From contig OX597843.1 of the NCBI GenBank assembly GCA_951406725.2, positions 14,632,001 through 14,696,000 of the forward strand: 64,000 nt of DNA, given 5' to 3'. The first letter of the stretch is position 1. Each line of letters opens with the position of its first letter. Origin of the DNA: Octopus vulgaris (taxonomy: Eukaryota). Shown piece by piece: positions 14,312-28,227 of this stretch. The notes under the pieces are model-generated. The model ran no database searches. It was not told where the DNA came from and worked only from the letters and a program-made list of their open reading frames with translations. The translations under genes and the position numbers were made by a program.

Positions 14312-14338
14312 ATATGTTTATATATATATGTATATTTG

Positions 14339-14384
<46 letters not shown>

Positions 14385-14602
14385 CGTTTTGGGATTTGGT
14401 TTGCAAGATTCTTTATATGAGTTCGTGTGTTGAAGCATATTCTGTTGTGTCTGGGAAGAGTAATTCTCTTTTAGTGCCTTATTATTTAACACACTCACTG
14501 GTAAAATTTCCAATTATTTCTTTTTAATTTTTCTAAAATTTTCGTTGTGTCTTGCAACCTTTTCAAGAGTGTGTTTTCTTTTGGACTTATGAACAACTGA
14601 CT

Positions 14603-15160
<558 letters not shown>

Positions 15161-15169
15161 ATGCAAACA

Positions 15170-15389
15170 TACGAGGGAAAGCTGAAATGTTCCTGGCTTT
15201 GGGTAAAAGAAAATACAGGCGGATCAGTTTGTTATGATTTTCTTCCACATATTCCATCTCAGATTCGCACACTCATTGCAGTGATGCTTCAGTTTTTCTA
15301 AGCTCAGTAAAAGAACTTGGAAGGCTGGGGCTCCAACCAAGCCTTTCATGATACCCTTAAAGCCAGGAACCTTTTAGCACCCTCTCGTG
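15170..15389. mobile_element. mariner-derived MITE
   Basis: Imperfect TIRs TACGAGGGAAAGCTGAAATGTTCCTGGCTT / AAGCCAGGAACCTTTTAGCACCCTCTCG. Confidence 0.65.
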
Positions 15390-15459
15390 TATGTGCGTGT
15401 GTACCGTTGGCGATTTTTTTCCCTCTGTCTTCCCTTCTCTGGATCTTTCCTTCTCCTAT

Positions 15460-15494
15460 GTTTCCGACGAAGAGCTCCGCTCGAAACGTTAAAC
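15460..15494 (+). ncRNA. Ultra-minimal hammerhead-like motif
   Basis: GUUU-CCGACGA-A-GAGC/GCUC-GAAAC-GUU-AAAC; same layout as 1530-1565. Confidence 0.55.
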
Positions 15495-15615
15495 CCTCCT
15501 TTTTTCCTTCTTTCCTGAGCATCCAATAATACTATATTTGTTCCACGTCCTCGCGTTGTGTTTTTTTTGTGTTTTCTTGTTTGGATTAACTATATATATA
15601 TGTATATATATATAT

Positions 15616-15812
15616 TGTTGTATTTAGGAATGGTCATTTTGCCAGTTTAGCCAATAAAAACACACGCACTATATATTTGGTGTTACTTTGCTTCAGTGTT
15701 ATTTATTTTTTACATTAATCTTATTTCGGCCAGAGTTCTTTCATCACACTCCTGTGACCTCATCAGTGGTCCTTTGCTTTCTTCTTTCTTATTATATGTA
15801 TATATATGTATG

Positions 15813-15880
<68 letters not shown>

Positions 15881-16315
15881 GCAAGATTTTTTATGTGAAA
15901 TCGTGTGTTGAAACAGATGTTGTTGTATTTAGGAATGGTCATTTTGCCAGTTTAGCCAATAAAAACACACGCACTATATATTTGGTGTTATTTTGCTTCA
16001 GCGTTATTTATTTTTTACATTAATCTTCATCTTATTTCGGCGAGAGTTCTTTCATCACACTCCTGTGACCTCATCAGTGGTCCTTTGCTTTCTTCTTTCT
16101 TATTTGTGTGTCTCTCCTTACTAACGGTCATCCTTTTTGCATTTTGTATTTCTATTGTATGTGTCTTCATTTGCGCATTGTGTGCCAATGTTTAGTTAGT
16201 GTGTGTGTGTGTGTGGGGGAAGTGCCTGTAATATTTGTATCTCCTGTTTATATACGTTCGTGTAATGTGTTTTTGTTTTTGTTCATTCTTATTTTGTTCA
16301 TGTGTTTACATCCAC

Positions 16316-16330
<15 letters not shown>
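15616..16330 (-). mobile_element. Hammerhead-bearing (TA)n-associated repeat in partial-tandem arrangement (Penelope pLTR-like); inverted copy at 22620-23065
   Basis: 15616-15795 is repeated within 15873-16330; further pieces at 16510-16615, 22251-22360 and 27040-27300. Confidence 0.6.
15730..15769 (-). ncRNA. Minimal hammerhead motif; further copies at 16041-16080 (-), about 22855-22894 (+) and decayed near 27200-27235 (-)
   Basis: CCA-CUGAUGA-G-GUCAC/GUGAU-GAAAG-AA-CUC-UGG within a dispersed (TA)n-associated repeat family. Confidence 0.65.
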
Positions 16331-16348
<18 letters not shown>

Positions 16349-16612
16349 CTAACATTATTATTATTACGTATGCTTGTATGTATGTATGTATGTATGTATG
16401 TATGTATGTATGTATGTATAACAACAATTCTAGTAATAACAATAATAATAATAAAAAAAAGAATTAAAAAATTAAAAAATCAAAAATTAAAAAATTTTTT
16501 AAAATCTATTGGCTAAACTGGCAAAATGACCATACCGAAATACAACAATATATATATATATATATATATTGTTGTATTTCGGTATGGTCATTTTGCCAGT
16601 TTAGCCAATAGA

Positions 16613-16663
<51 letters not shown>

Positions 16664-17107
16664 TCAGTTTCTTATAAGTCTGAAAGAAAGCACACTAAAA
16701 TTTTTTTTGAGCTGTGTTATTTTATGAAGTCATTGGAAATGGTTGGTCAAAAAGTTAGCATTGGTAACATGTCTATTATTGCTTTGGGCAATGTGGGAAA
16801 TGCATCAGCCCTGTGGCCCAGAGACATTATTGATGAAGGTAAGAATCCTTTTTTGGTTTGCAGGGTAGTGAAAAATACCCTGAAATGAAATTCTCCAAAG
16901 CAAAAACCCTTTCTAGGTGACATGGAGTTATGTCCCTTTGAATGGTTCCAGATTTATCCAAAAACGATCATTTTATATCTGTTTTTCTATCTCCATTTAC
17001 TATTCAACAAGAGGGGAATCCTATGTCTTCAGCACAGATTTTCTTTCATGAGGGCACTGACTAAACATTTCACATTTTGAATTTATATATGTGTATGTAT
17101 ATATGTG

Positions 17108-17164
<57 letters not shown>

Positions 17165-17167
17165 ATG

Positions 17168-17738
<571 letters not shown>

Positions 17739-17863
17739 GAATTTATTAATAGTCTCTGACTATTTCCTTTTTCTCACTAGACCGCTGGTGGCAAAATAAT
17801 TTCTGCTGAATTTTTTGCTACCCTAATTTATATTGTTTATATATATATATATGTATATATGTA

Positions 17864-17916
<53 letters not shown>

Positions 17917-17939
17917 ATATATATATATGTATATATGTA

Positions 17940-17972
<33 letters not shown>

Positions 17973-18030
17973 TGCGGAGATGTTCTTGCATAGCGACTGA
18001 TTTGATCTGAGATCGTGTGCTGGAATGAAC

Positions 18031-18243
18031 ACAATTGCAGTGTGAAAGGTGTTTATAAGCCATTTAAGAAACACACAAAACCGTTAGATTCACTTCAACA
18101 TTTAAATTTAATTTGTCAGTGATCAGGTCGCGGTCTCAAAGTGACGAAAATATTTTGACAAATTAAATTTAAATGTTGAAGTGAATCTAACAGTTTTGTA
18201 TGTTTCTTAAATGGCTTATAAACACCTTCCACGCTGCAATTGT
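18031..18243. repeat. Fold-back inverted repeat (about 88-bp arms)
   Basis: ACAATTGCAG...AATTTGTCA versus TGACAAATT...CTGCAATTGT. Confidence 0.9.
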
Positions 18244-18244
18244 T

Positions 18245-18640
18245 GTGGCTGTGTGGTAAGTAGCTTGTTTACCAACCACATGGTTCCGGGTTCAGTCCCA
18301 CTGCATGGCACCTTGTGCGAGTGTGTTCTACTATAGCCTCGGGCCGACCAAAGTCTTGTGAGTGGATTTGGCAGACGGAAACTGAAAGAAGCCTGTCGTA
18401 TATATGTATATATATATGTGTGCGTGTATGTTTGTGTGTCTGTGTTTGTCCCCCTAGCATTGCTTGACAACCGATGCTGGTGTGTTTATGTCCCCGTTAC
18501 TTAGCAGTTCGGCAAAAGAGACCGATAGAATAAGTACTGGGCTTACAAAAGAATAAGTCCCGGGGTCGAGTTGCTTGATTAAAGGCGGTGCTCCAGCATG
18601 GCCGCAGTCAAATGACTGAAAGAAGTAAAAGAGTAAAAGA
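18245..18640 (+). mobile_element. SINE family A, ending about 40 nt from the donor of the M2-M3 exon
   Basis: Reverse orientation of 6371-6762; AAAAGAGT-type tail. Confidence 0.88.
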
Positions 18641-18679
18641 GATATATATATATAAGACAGTAAATTTACAAATAGTTAC

Positions 18680-18888
18680 CTCAGTGTCTGTGGGGTCCTG
18701 TTGTATGTTCTCTTCGCCACTATCATACTTGGTGAAATAGTGCACAGCTGCGAACTGTATGAGTGTTGCTAACACAAATACATAACACATAGCAACATAA
18801 ACATCAAGAGCCGTTGAATAGGAGACCTTCGGGAGGTAAGTACGATTGTCCAGGCCTAAAAACGTCATTGACAGCACTGTGGTTGTTC
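18680..18888 (-). CDS. GABA-A-family subunit exon (209 nt): TTTVLSMTFLGLDNRTYLPKVSYSTALDVYVAMCYVFVLATLIQFAAVHYFTKYDSGE...DTE (M2, M3)
   Basis: Acceptor ttccag|GA, donor GAG|gtaact; TTVL, LPKVSY, ALD and HYFTK motifs inside ORF 18608..19072. Confidence 0.97.
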
Positions 18889-19137
18889 CTGGAATGATAA
18901 AGGGAAGAATACATTTTCGGGGTTGATCTGATTTGTCTTGTGTTTTTGAGATTTGTTGAAGGTCTTCTTTACAGAATTTAAGTTGGTTAATAACAAAGTA
19001 ACAAGAGATCTCTATTGAAACAATTCCAAAGAATTGTGAATATATGGGTGTATATATCATCATCATCATCATTTATATCTATCTATCTATCTCTGTCTAT
19101 GTATCTATCTATCTATCTCTGTCTATCTTTCTATCTT

Positions 19138-19202
<65 letters not shown>

Positions 19203-19217
19203 AACCCATATCTCTCT

Positions 19218-19266
<49 letters not shown>

Positions 19267-19270
<4 letters not shown>

Positions 19271-19660
19271 AAGTGCGTAAGATATTTGATGAGAGATTTA
19301 TGTTTATAAAAAAACAGGTATTCGATAACAGATAATAACCTTATTTATCAGAAAACGCTTTGAGGATAGAAATAAACCTTCTTTTCTAAAATGTTATTCA
19401 ATAAAGCCACCTTCAGCTTCAACAACTGCTTCTATATGAGATCTAAATCATCTACATGCTTGAATCAAGTGGTCCTGGTTCATTTTGGACATTATTCTGA
19501 CTATGGCAGCTTTCAAAGAATCTTTGGTGTTATGAGCGAGTTCATTGACCTCTCTCTCAACAATGCTCCACTGGTAATAGTCCAATGGATTGAGATCTGG
19601 GGAATTAGGAGGCCAAATGTTAGGGGTTATGTGATCATGAAAATTATCCATTCCTCTGTT
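19267..19660 (-). mobile_element. Tc1/mariner-superfamily transposase C-terminal remnant (DD37D/maT-like)
   Basis: WPPNSPDLNPLDYYQWSIVERE...KAAI...QAC, an in-frame stop, then IEAVVEAEGGFIE*. Confidence 0.85.
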
Positions 19661-19799
19661 ACTAGAGCCAAATTTCCCAAATTAAAAAAATTTTGGTTGA
19701 TGGGGATATATAATCCAAGCAAGTAGCAACGTGTATTCCTACCGAATGATAATGCTGGTTTGCATACATGTGATTACGAACTTGCGTCCCCAAAGTCCA

Positions 19800-20170
19800 T
19801 CCCCTCCTCACCGTGGTGGGGACGCTGGCAACGGGTAGTGTCAGAGCTATGCCGTCGGGAACTTCGGTTCCTGGTAGGGCCACCCAAGGCGGATTGGTCT
19901 GACACCGAGTAGTATTAGAGCCACAACCTGGTGAAAATCCTCGGAGTGTCTGTTTCGGCAACTGGCGGCTCCTCGGTCGTTCGGTCCCTGCGTCTGCGGA
20001 CAATCTGCGGCAAACAGGATGTCTCTACATGCGGGATTATTGGGGACTGCTTGTGAAATTCATATTCCCCACGAAACTTCTTCCACTGCCATGGTTCGAG
20101 ATGCCTCGAGGGTGGTAGAAGAAGCCGACTCGACCCGCCCAGGGTGAATGTCGCCACAAGTACAAGATCA
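19800..20170 (+). mobile_element. Probable RTE-clade LINE 5' region fragment
   Basis: GC-rich island with CGTGGTGGGG...GAGCTATGCCGTCGGG...CCTGGTAGGGCCACCCAAGGCGG, recalled as resembling RTE 5' UTRs. Confidence 0.45.
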
Positions 20171-20604
20171 CGAACTTTCAGTTGGTTGCTCTACCCATTC
20201 CTCACACACTGAAGAAAACAAAATGTACAGAGGAAACATTTGATGGATTGCAGCATCATTATGAAGTATGAGATGCCCCCTGGTGGCAGTGGAAATGTTA
20301 TGCAGGGGGGGGGGGGAATATAAGAAATGAAATGACAGCATAAATAATAAAAGAGAAATTGGATCTTCTCCATTCTTTGTCTTTCTCAAACTGATTCATT
20401 ATTACACATGCTGTATCATGCTGAATCTCCCTGAGAACTACGTTAAGGTTACACGTGTCTGTGGTATACTCAGCCACTTGCACGTTAGTTTTACAAGCAG
20501 GCAGTTCCATTGATCGTATCAGCTGGGACCCTCATTGTCGTAACCGACAGAGTGCTCCTTTACATACACACACACACACACACATATAATAAATGATATA
20601 TATA

Positions 20605-20920
20605 TATATATATTATATTAAATTAGAGATAAAACCACTATTAGGCAAATCAAACAGTGAAAATCATAAGCCAATACATAGAAATAAAATTAATTAATAA
20701 AATATATAAAAAAAAATAAAATATAAAATTCCAAATTAAAATATTTAAATTAAAGTTAAAATTTAAAAAATTTTAACTTTAATTTAAATATCTTAATTTG
20801 GAATTTTATATATTTTTTTAATATATTTTATTAATCAATTTTATTTTTATGTTTTGGTTTATGATTTTTCACTGTTTGATTTGGCTAATAGTGGTTTTAT
20901 CTCTAATTTAATATAATATA
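20605..20920. repeat. AT-rich fold-back inverted repeat (about 150-bp arms)
   Basis: TTAGAGATAAAACCACTATTAG ... CTAATAGTGGTTTTATCTCTAA; the downstream end TTTTTCCCTGTAAGTT is shared with 1314-1330. Confidence 0.88.
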
Positions 20921-20990
20921 TATTTATACGATAAAATTAGATTTAATCCTAAATCTAATTTTTCCCTGTAAGTTTGGATTTACTCCCTAA

Positions 20991-21046
<56 letters not shown>

Positions 21047-21734
21047 AACACATATATATATATATATATATATACACACATGTAAGACAACATATTTTTT
21101 CCATAACTGCCATCTCTGATGAGCATGTGGTGCTAGTTAACTGCAGTTATGCATGATCCAGTTATCTAATACTCAATGCAAGACTATTTAGCAATATTGT
21201 CTGAAGTGAATCTATAATATGATATTTTAAATATATGCCATAGAACCTCCCAAAACAAGACATCAATCTCTAAGCCTAATAAAGTTATCTGACAATACCA
21301 AAATAAGTGAACCACCCAAACCATAAATCCACAAACATTTTCCATTTTACTGGAATAAAAGACAAAGCAGAATAATGAGACTAAGATATAAGAAATTCAA
21401 AATCGGTCATAACATATGAGCATTCCCATCATCAGCTGCCTGAACAGATATCATTATGGTTTTGCCACCAGGGCAGTACCATTCAATTTGGCAGTGTCCA
21501 CAGCGTTAAAACTATAAATGCTGCCTGATAGTTGGTCAGCTTATTACTTCACATAACAACATAGGATTAAACAAATGCTGATTAATTATGGCTAGAATGT
21601 ACACTTTCCACGTTCATATTTGAATTGTTTGCATTTCAATAATTTTTCTCTGATTTTACTCATTCTCAAATTTGATAGACATATAGCGGTATGTAAGCCG
21701 ACTCAAGAAATCTCTAGTGAGACATTTTATTGAT

Positions 21735-21776
21735 GTACCTGAAGAGACCCAGAATGGGTCGAAACATGTGTTGTAC
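21735..21776 (+). ncRNA. Minimal type I hammerhead ribozyme motif followed by AATAAA
   Basis: GUAC-CUGAAGA-GACCCA-GAA-UGGGUC-GAAAC-AUGU-GUU-GUAC: perfect 6-bp stem II. Confidence 0.85.
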
Positions 21777-22195
21777 CCAATAAAGTTTATTACACATTCC
21801 ATCCCTTATTTTATTAATACTGTTACCACTATAAAGTTCCTGCAGTAAACCTACAGCTAACAACAGGTAATCGAAAATGTGCCGATGCTTTACTCATCAT
21901 CCATTTATACATTTTGTACAATTTCTCCATTATATGTACAACCCTAGGTTGGACCTTGCTGAAGAAAATCAGACCTTGTGAGTTCTCCTTGACTCACTGA
22001 AAAATGATCAGAAACCAATTGGTCCAGGGACGAGATGGTAAATGTTTTTCATTTCCAAATTTATTCCTGTCGAATTTTATCCGTTATTTTTGTGGTTTAC
22101 AGAACCTAGCTGTTCTTTCTAGCGTGTTGAATTCCCTATAAGTGGATTCCTTATGTGTTTAAATATACACTATATCGTATATATATATATACACA

Positions 22196-22256
<61 letters not shown>

Positions 22257-22431
22257 ATTTAGGAATGGTCATTTTGCCAGTTTAGCCAATAAAAACACAC
22301 GCACTATATATTTGGTGTTATTTTGCTTCAGTGATATTTATTTTTTACATTAATCTTAATCTTAATAAATAAATACACAGATAAATAAACAAATAGAAAT
22401 GTATAACTATATATATGTATATATATGTATG

Positions 22432-22487
<56 letters not shown>

Positions 22488-22512
22488 GTGTGTATATGTG
22501 TATATGTGTATG

Positions 22513-22551
<39 letters not shown>

Positions 22552-23097
22552 TTTTTCGATTAGATTTATTATTATTATTACTAATATTGTTGTTATACAT
22601 ACATACAAGCATATGTACTGATAATAATGGGTGGATGTAAACACATGAACAAAATTAGAACAAAAGCAACAACAACAAAAACAAAATACAAATTACAAGA
22701 ATGTATATAACCAGAAGATACAAATATTACAGGCATCCCCCCCACACACACACTAAATAAACATAAACGCACAAATGAAGACATACAATAGAAATACAAA
22801 ATGGCTGATGGTTAGTAAGGAGAGACACAAGTAAGTGAGAAGAAAAACAAAGGACCACTGATGCGGTCACAGGAGTGTGACGAAAGAACTTTGGCCGAAA
22901 TAAGATTAAGATTAATGTAAAAAATAAATATCACTGAAGCAAAATAACACCAAATATATAGTGCGTGTGTTTTTATTGGCTAAACTGGCAATATGACCAT
23001 TCCGAAATATAACAATATCTGTTTCAACACACGACTTCACATAAAAAATCTTGCACAACAAATATTTAAACGTATATATATATATATATATGTATAT

Positions 23098-23315
23098 AAT
23101 CAAAATAAGCCACAAGGATATCCAGAGGTAATGTAGTATGATCGTTTCCTGCAACTCCGTTTAATTGAACAGTGCAATCATTACATCAATTTAAGATGCA
23201 GAGCAATCTTCGGCTGCTCAAATTGATGTAATGATTGCATTGTTCAATTAAATGGAGTTGCATGAAACGATCGTACTGCATTACCTCTGGATATCCTTGT
23301 TGCTTATTTTGATTT
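23098..23315. repeat. Fold-back inverted repeat with hammerhead remnants
   Basis: Arms carry GAAACGATCGTA; the adjacent 23340-23397 is homologous in reverse to 54401-54459. Confidence 0.88.
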
Positions 23316-23471
23316 TAATCACCTTATTTTGAAATTGTATGGATGATACCATACTAAATTCTGGTGCCTCAACTTAAGAACCATATTCATCTGAATCTAT
23401 CTTTCTATATATATATATATAATAGAAATATATATATATATATAATATAAATAATATATAAATATATGCAT

Positions 23472-23502
<31 letters not shown>

Positions 23503-24194
23503 CATTATATACATGTAATTCTTGGAGGTGACTATTTCAAAGGAACGTGCAATGAGGCCACTTAAAATAAAGAAATATATGTGTGTGTGTGTGTGTGTGT
23601 GTATATTTGAATGTTTGTATTTATGTATGTATATGTTTTTGCTTGTGTATGTATATTCATATATATGTAAAACATATATGCATGTATGTATATAACGTAT
23701 GTGTATACATGGTTTTGAAGAGGTGGAGGAGAGAAAAGGAGCAGGAGAGAGAAGGAGCAGGAGAGAGAGGGAGGAGGAGAGAGAAGGAGGAGGAAAATGA
23801 GGGAATGAAGAAGGAGGAGGAGGAGGAAGAGAAGAAGAATGAAGTAGAAGTAGTTGTAGTATTAGTATTAGTAGTAGTAGTAGAAGGAGGAAGAGGTGGA
23901 GAAGAAGAAAAAGAATGAAGAAATAGTAATAGTAATAGTAGTAGTAGTAGAAGTAGTAGTAGTAGGAGGAGGAGGAGGTAGAGGTGGAGAAGAAGAAAAA
24001 GAATGAAGTATTAGTAGTAGTAGTAGTTGCAGTAGTAGTAGAAGTAGTAGTAGTAGTAGTGGTAGTAGTAGAAGGAGGAGTGGGAGGGGAATGTTGATTA
24101 CATCTTAAAAGAGAGAAGTTAAGTTAAATGTCTTTGTTAGGATGTCTTTTGTGATTGTAAGGGGTTGAAATAGGAGTGGCAGGTTGACACTTAC

Positions 24195-24347
24195 CCAGGG
24201 CTATTCTGTCAGACGTGGCCTCCCTGTGGATCCAGAACGACACCCACGACACCACCACCAGCAGGGTACAGGGTACGTAGACTTGGAGCAGGAAGAATCC
24301 CATGTGACGCTTCAGATGGAAGTTGACACTGAGCATAGAATGGAGAG
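24195..24347 (-). CDS. GABA-A-family subunit exon (153 nt): ALHSMLSVNFHLKRHMGFFLLQVYVPCTLLVVVSWVSFWIHREATSDRIALG (M1, start of M2)
   Basis: Acceptor tcccag|CT, donor CTGG|gtaagt; canonical M1 (QxYxPCxLxVxxSWVSFW); phase 1 at both ends. Confidence 0.97.
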
Positions 24348-24585
24348 CTGGGAGAGAAGGAGAGGCAGAAGAGGAAGAGTGAGATGGGAAATGAGACACA
24401 CACACACACACACACACACACACATTTAGATTATTATACAAAAGTATGTAGATAAACGTGTGTGTATGTGAGGGAGAGTGTGTTAATGTGACGATATTTG
24501 CATAAACTAGAAACCTTTACCAGAATTAGAATACCCACGAACGACCATCATCATCATCACCGTCGTCGTTGTCATCATCATCATC

Positions 24586-24617
<32 letters not shown>

Positions 24618-25469
24618 CACCATCATCATCGTCATCATCACCATCATCATTGTCATCATCATCGTCATCATCACCATCATCATTGTCATCATCATCATCA
24701 TCATCAACATCATCATCGTCGTCATCTTTGTTGTCGTCATCAGTGACATTGTCATCATCATCATCATCATCGTCGTCCTCGTCGTCGTCGTCATCATCGT
24801 CGTTGTCATCATTATCAGCATCATCATCGTCGTCGTCTTTGTCATCGTTGTCTTTGTCGTCGTCATCAATGTCGTTGTCATCGTCGTCATCATCGTCATC
24901 ATCGTAATAATCACCATTTAATGTTCATTTCCCATGCTGGCATGGTTTGGTTTGAAAAGAAGGGGGCAAGTCACAAGGCCATTTCGGCCTCCAATCTCAG
25001 CTTTGGCAGGGCTTCCACAGTTTGATGCCCTTCCTAACACCAATCCCTTTTCAGGGTGTACCGGTTGCTTTCTTTCCTGCCTCTGGCGCTAATGAGATTG
25101 CCAAGTTACTTTGCAAAACAGGAAAAGGGAAAAACTCCCACGACTCAGGGAAAAACATTTGAGGCAGGAAGGTAACTTGGTCCCAAGTGCTCAAAGGCTG
25201 AGATAAGGCAGAGGGACAAGAAACAGTGTCTTGCTCTAATGAAGGTACATAGCTACCCATGTCTGTTGTTAGGTCTGCTACAAGGCCTCTGTGTAGGTGC
25301 AGGCATGGGTGTGTGGTAAGAAACTTGTATCTCAGACACATGGTCCTGGGTTCAGTCCCAACTGTGTGGAATTTTGAGTAAGTGTGTAAAGCCTTGTGAA
25401 CAGATTTGGTAGACAGAAAATGAAAGAAGCATATTGTGTGTGTGTGTATATATATATATATTTTTTTTT

Positions 25470-25850
25470 TTACTTGTTTCAGTTATTTGACTGTGGCCAT
25501 GCTGGAGCACCGCCTTTAGTCGAGCAAGTCGACCCCGGGACTTATTCTTTGTAAGCCCAGTACTTATTCTATCGGTCTCTTTTTGCCGAACCGCTAAGTG
25601 ACGAGGACGTAAACACACCAGCATTGGTTGTCAAGCAATGCTAGGGGGACAAACACAGACACACAAACACATACACACACACACATATATATATATACGA
25701 CAGGCTTCTTTCAGTTTCTGTCTACCAAATCCACTCACAAGGCATTGGTCGGCCCAGGGCTATCGCAAAAGACACTTGCCCAAGATGCCATGCAGTGGGA
25801 CTGAACCCGGAACCATGTGGTTGGTTAGCAAGCTACTTACCACACAGCCA
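25470..25850 (-). mobile_element. SINE family A
   Basis: Same sequence as 6371-6762. Confidence 0.88.
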
Positions 25851-26303
25851 CTTATATATACACATACACACAGACACACATATGTTGTACATTAGAAGAA
25901 GATCCATCAAGTGAAGTAAAATTGCAGTTGTGGCAGATACTGGTGTCACGCAAGTGGCACCTATGCTGGTGGCACGTAAGAGCACCTGTGACACTCTCAG
26001 AGTTGTTGCTGTGAGGAAAGGCTTCTAGCTGTAGAAACCATGCCAAATCAGACTGGAGTCTGGTGCAGCCTCCCAGCTTACCAGCCTTGATCAAACCGTC
26101 CAACCCATGCCAGCATGGACAACAGACGTTAATGATGATGATGATATATATATATATGAGAAAGAGTGAAGACAAATTGATATAACAATTATTTCTGTAA
26201 ACAGACAATATCATTTATTCTGTATATCTCATACAATGTTATCCAATTCATAAAATTTCATGTAATATCTGCCATAGTAAATGGAAATAATAATGCGTTA
26301 ATG

Positions 26304-27022
26304 CAGTGATTCCCAAACTATGAGTCGCAACCCACAGATGGGTCGCGAATGGAATCTTAGTGGGTCGCAAAAAGTTCTAAAATTACGCATTAGCTTTGGT
26401 TAACTGCTGTCTATCGAGATAGTTCAAGACTTATGTTTTCAATAGCAGACTTGTTGTTTTATCAAGTAGTCGCATGGCTCAGTGGTTAGAGCGTCGAGCT
26501 TACGATCGTGAGGTTGTGAGCTCGAATCCCGGACCGGGCTGTGTGTTGTGTTCTTGAGCAAGGCACTTTATTTCACGTTGCTCCAGTTCACTCAGCTGTA
26601 GAAATGAGTTGCGACGTCACTGGTGCCAAGCTGTATCGACCTTTGTCTTTCCCTTGCATAACACTGGTGGCGTGGAGAGGGGAGGCTGGTATGCATGGGC
26701 GACTGCTGGTCTCCCATAAACAACCTTGCCCGGACTTGTGTCTAGGAGGGTAACTTTCTAGGTGCAATCCCATGGTCATTCATGACCGAAGGGGGTCTTT
26801 ACCCCTTTACGCCTGAAACTATCACGCATTGAACCGGATGTTAATTCTATTATTGAGCGTAGCAAGAAACAGGCTCATCCTTCTCACAGGCCTCACTGAA
26901 GATGTAATCTGAAATAAATTTGTTAATTTCATTAATGTTTTTACTCAGTAGAGTTAAGTGGGTCGTTACAAACTGGTGTGATAAATAGTGGGTTGCGACT
27001 CTAAAAAGTTTGGGAACCACTG
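26304..27022. mobile_element. hAT (Charlie-like) MITE with nested SINE
   Basis: TIRs CAGTGATTCCCAAACT / AGTTTGGGAACCACTG; 8-bp TSD CGTTAATG/CATTAATG (7 of 8 match). Confidence 0.8.
26469..26808 (+). mobile_element. tRNA-derived SINE, family B, nested in a hAT MITE
   Basis: A box TGGCTCAGTGG, B box GCTCGAATCC; homologous to 587-919. Confidence 0.85.
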
Positions 27023-27809
27023 CATTAATGAATTTCTTTTGCAAGATTCCTGATGTAAAATCGTGTGTCGAAAGAGATGTTATTATATTTTGGGACGGCC
27101 ATTTTTAAAGAACGTTTTTCTCGCCAAATAAACACCCATACTATATATTTGCTCTTCACTTGTTTATTATTGTTATTATTTTATGTCCACTGCCTGGAAA
27201 TCTTTTGTCACACATCCTGTCACCTCTTCAGTGACCCTTCTAGAACAATAATAAACAAATGAAGACGGAATACACAGAAAAGAAAATGACCATCCGGAAA
27301 TATTACAATCCTATGATAATGCCTTGAAATTATGACATCTGAGGAAGTGAATGGACCATAGGATTGTTATTCCATATTTCCATATATTATGGCATGTACT
27401 ACATAATACTGTATGAATTGGATAACAAAGAAAAACATATATGATTTATGGAAACAATTGTAATGTTGATTTGACTTCTCCTTTCCTTATTTAACTTATT
27501 GCTTTTGTTATTCATTCTGCAGGACTTGTCCTCAACCTAAAGGATCGATCTTAACTTGGTGTTGTGTAGTGGTCACTTTAGAATCAATTGAAGTCATACA
27601 GATATCCTTTTCATTTTGGAATACTAAGCTAGCCAGAGTCTGGCATGATGTGCTAAGAAGGTGACTGCTGGACAACAGGTGTTGGTTTGTTTACATCCCT
27701 GTACTTAGCAGTTTGGTAAAGTGCAGAAATGTAAATCTATATTAGAGCTCAAATCATTTGAGTACTATAAGTGTTTTCTATATTGAGCATCTCTAGAGCA
27801 CATCTGTGG

Positions 27810-27840
<31 letters not shown>

Positions 27841-27989
27841 CTCTCTCTCTCTCTCTCTCCAAGATCAACGACAGTTTGTCACTGGAAAAATCATATAGTA
27901 TTTTGCATTTGGAATGAGTTCTCATCGTGAGCCGGTGATTATTACACTCTGATAACGGGTTACTATTCAGAAACCCGGATCTGTGTGTA

Positions 27990-28174
27990 TCCCGTAAGGC
28001 TAGCGATGGGAACGATGATTTTCGTTCATAAATAATAGGCAGAATTTGTCGAAAATCTCCTGCAAAAAGCAGAGTCACACCTCCAAGGATGCTGTTGTTT
28101 CATCTCAGGTCTCTAATTGTAGGATGAAGTGCTTGTAGGGAACATTTATGGGACATAGCAGTTTCTTCCCAAAC

Positions 28175-28227
<53 letters not shown>

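Noticed and set aside
26469-26545. tRNA gene-like sequence
   Set aside because: It is the head of a SINE and continues into a body shared with 587-919.
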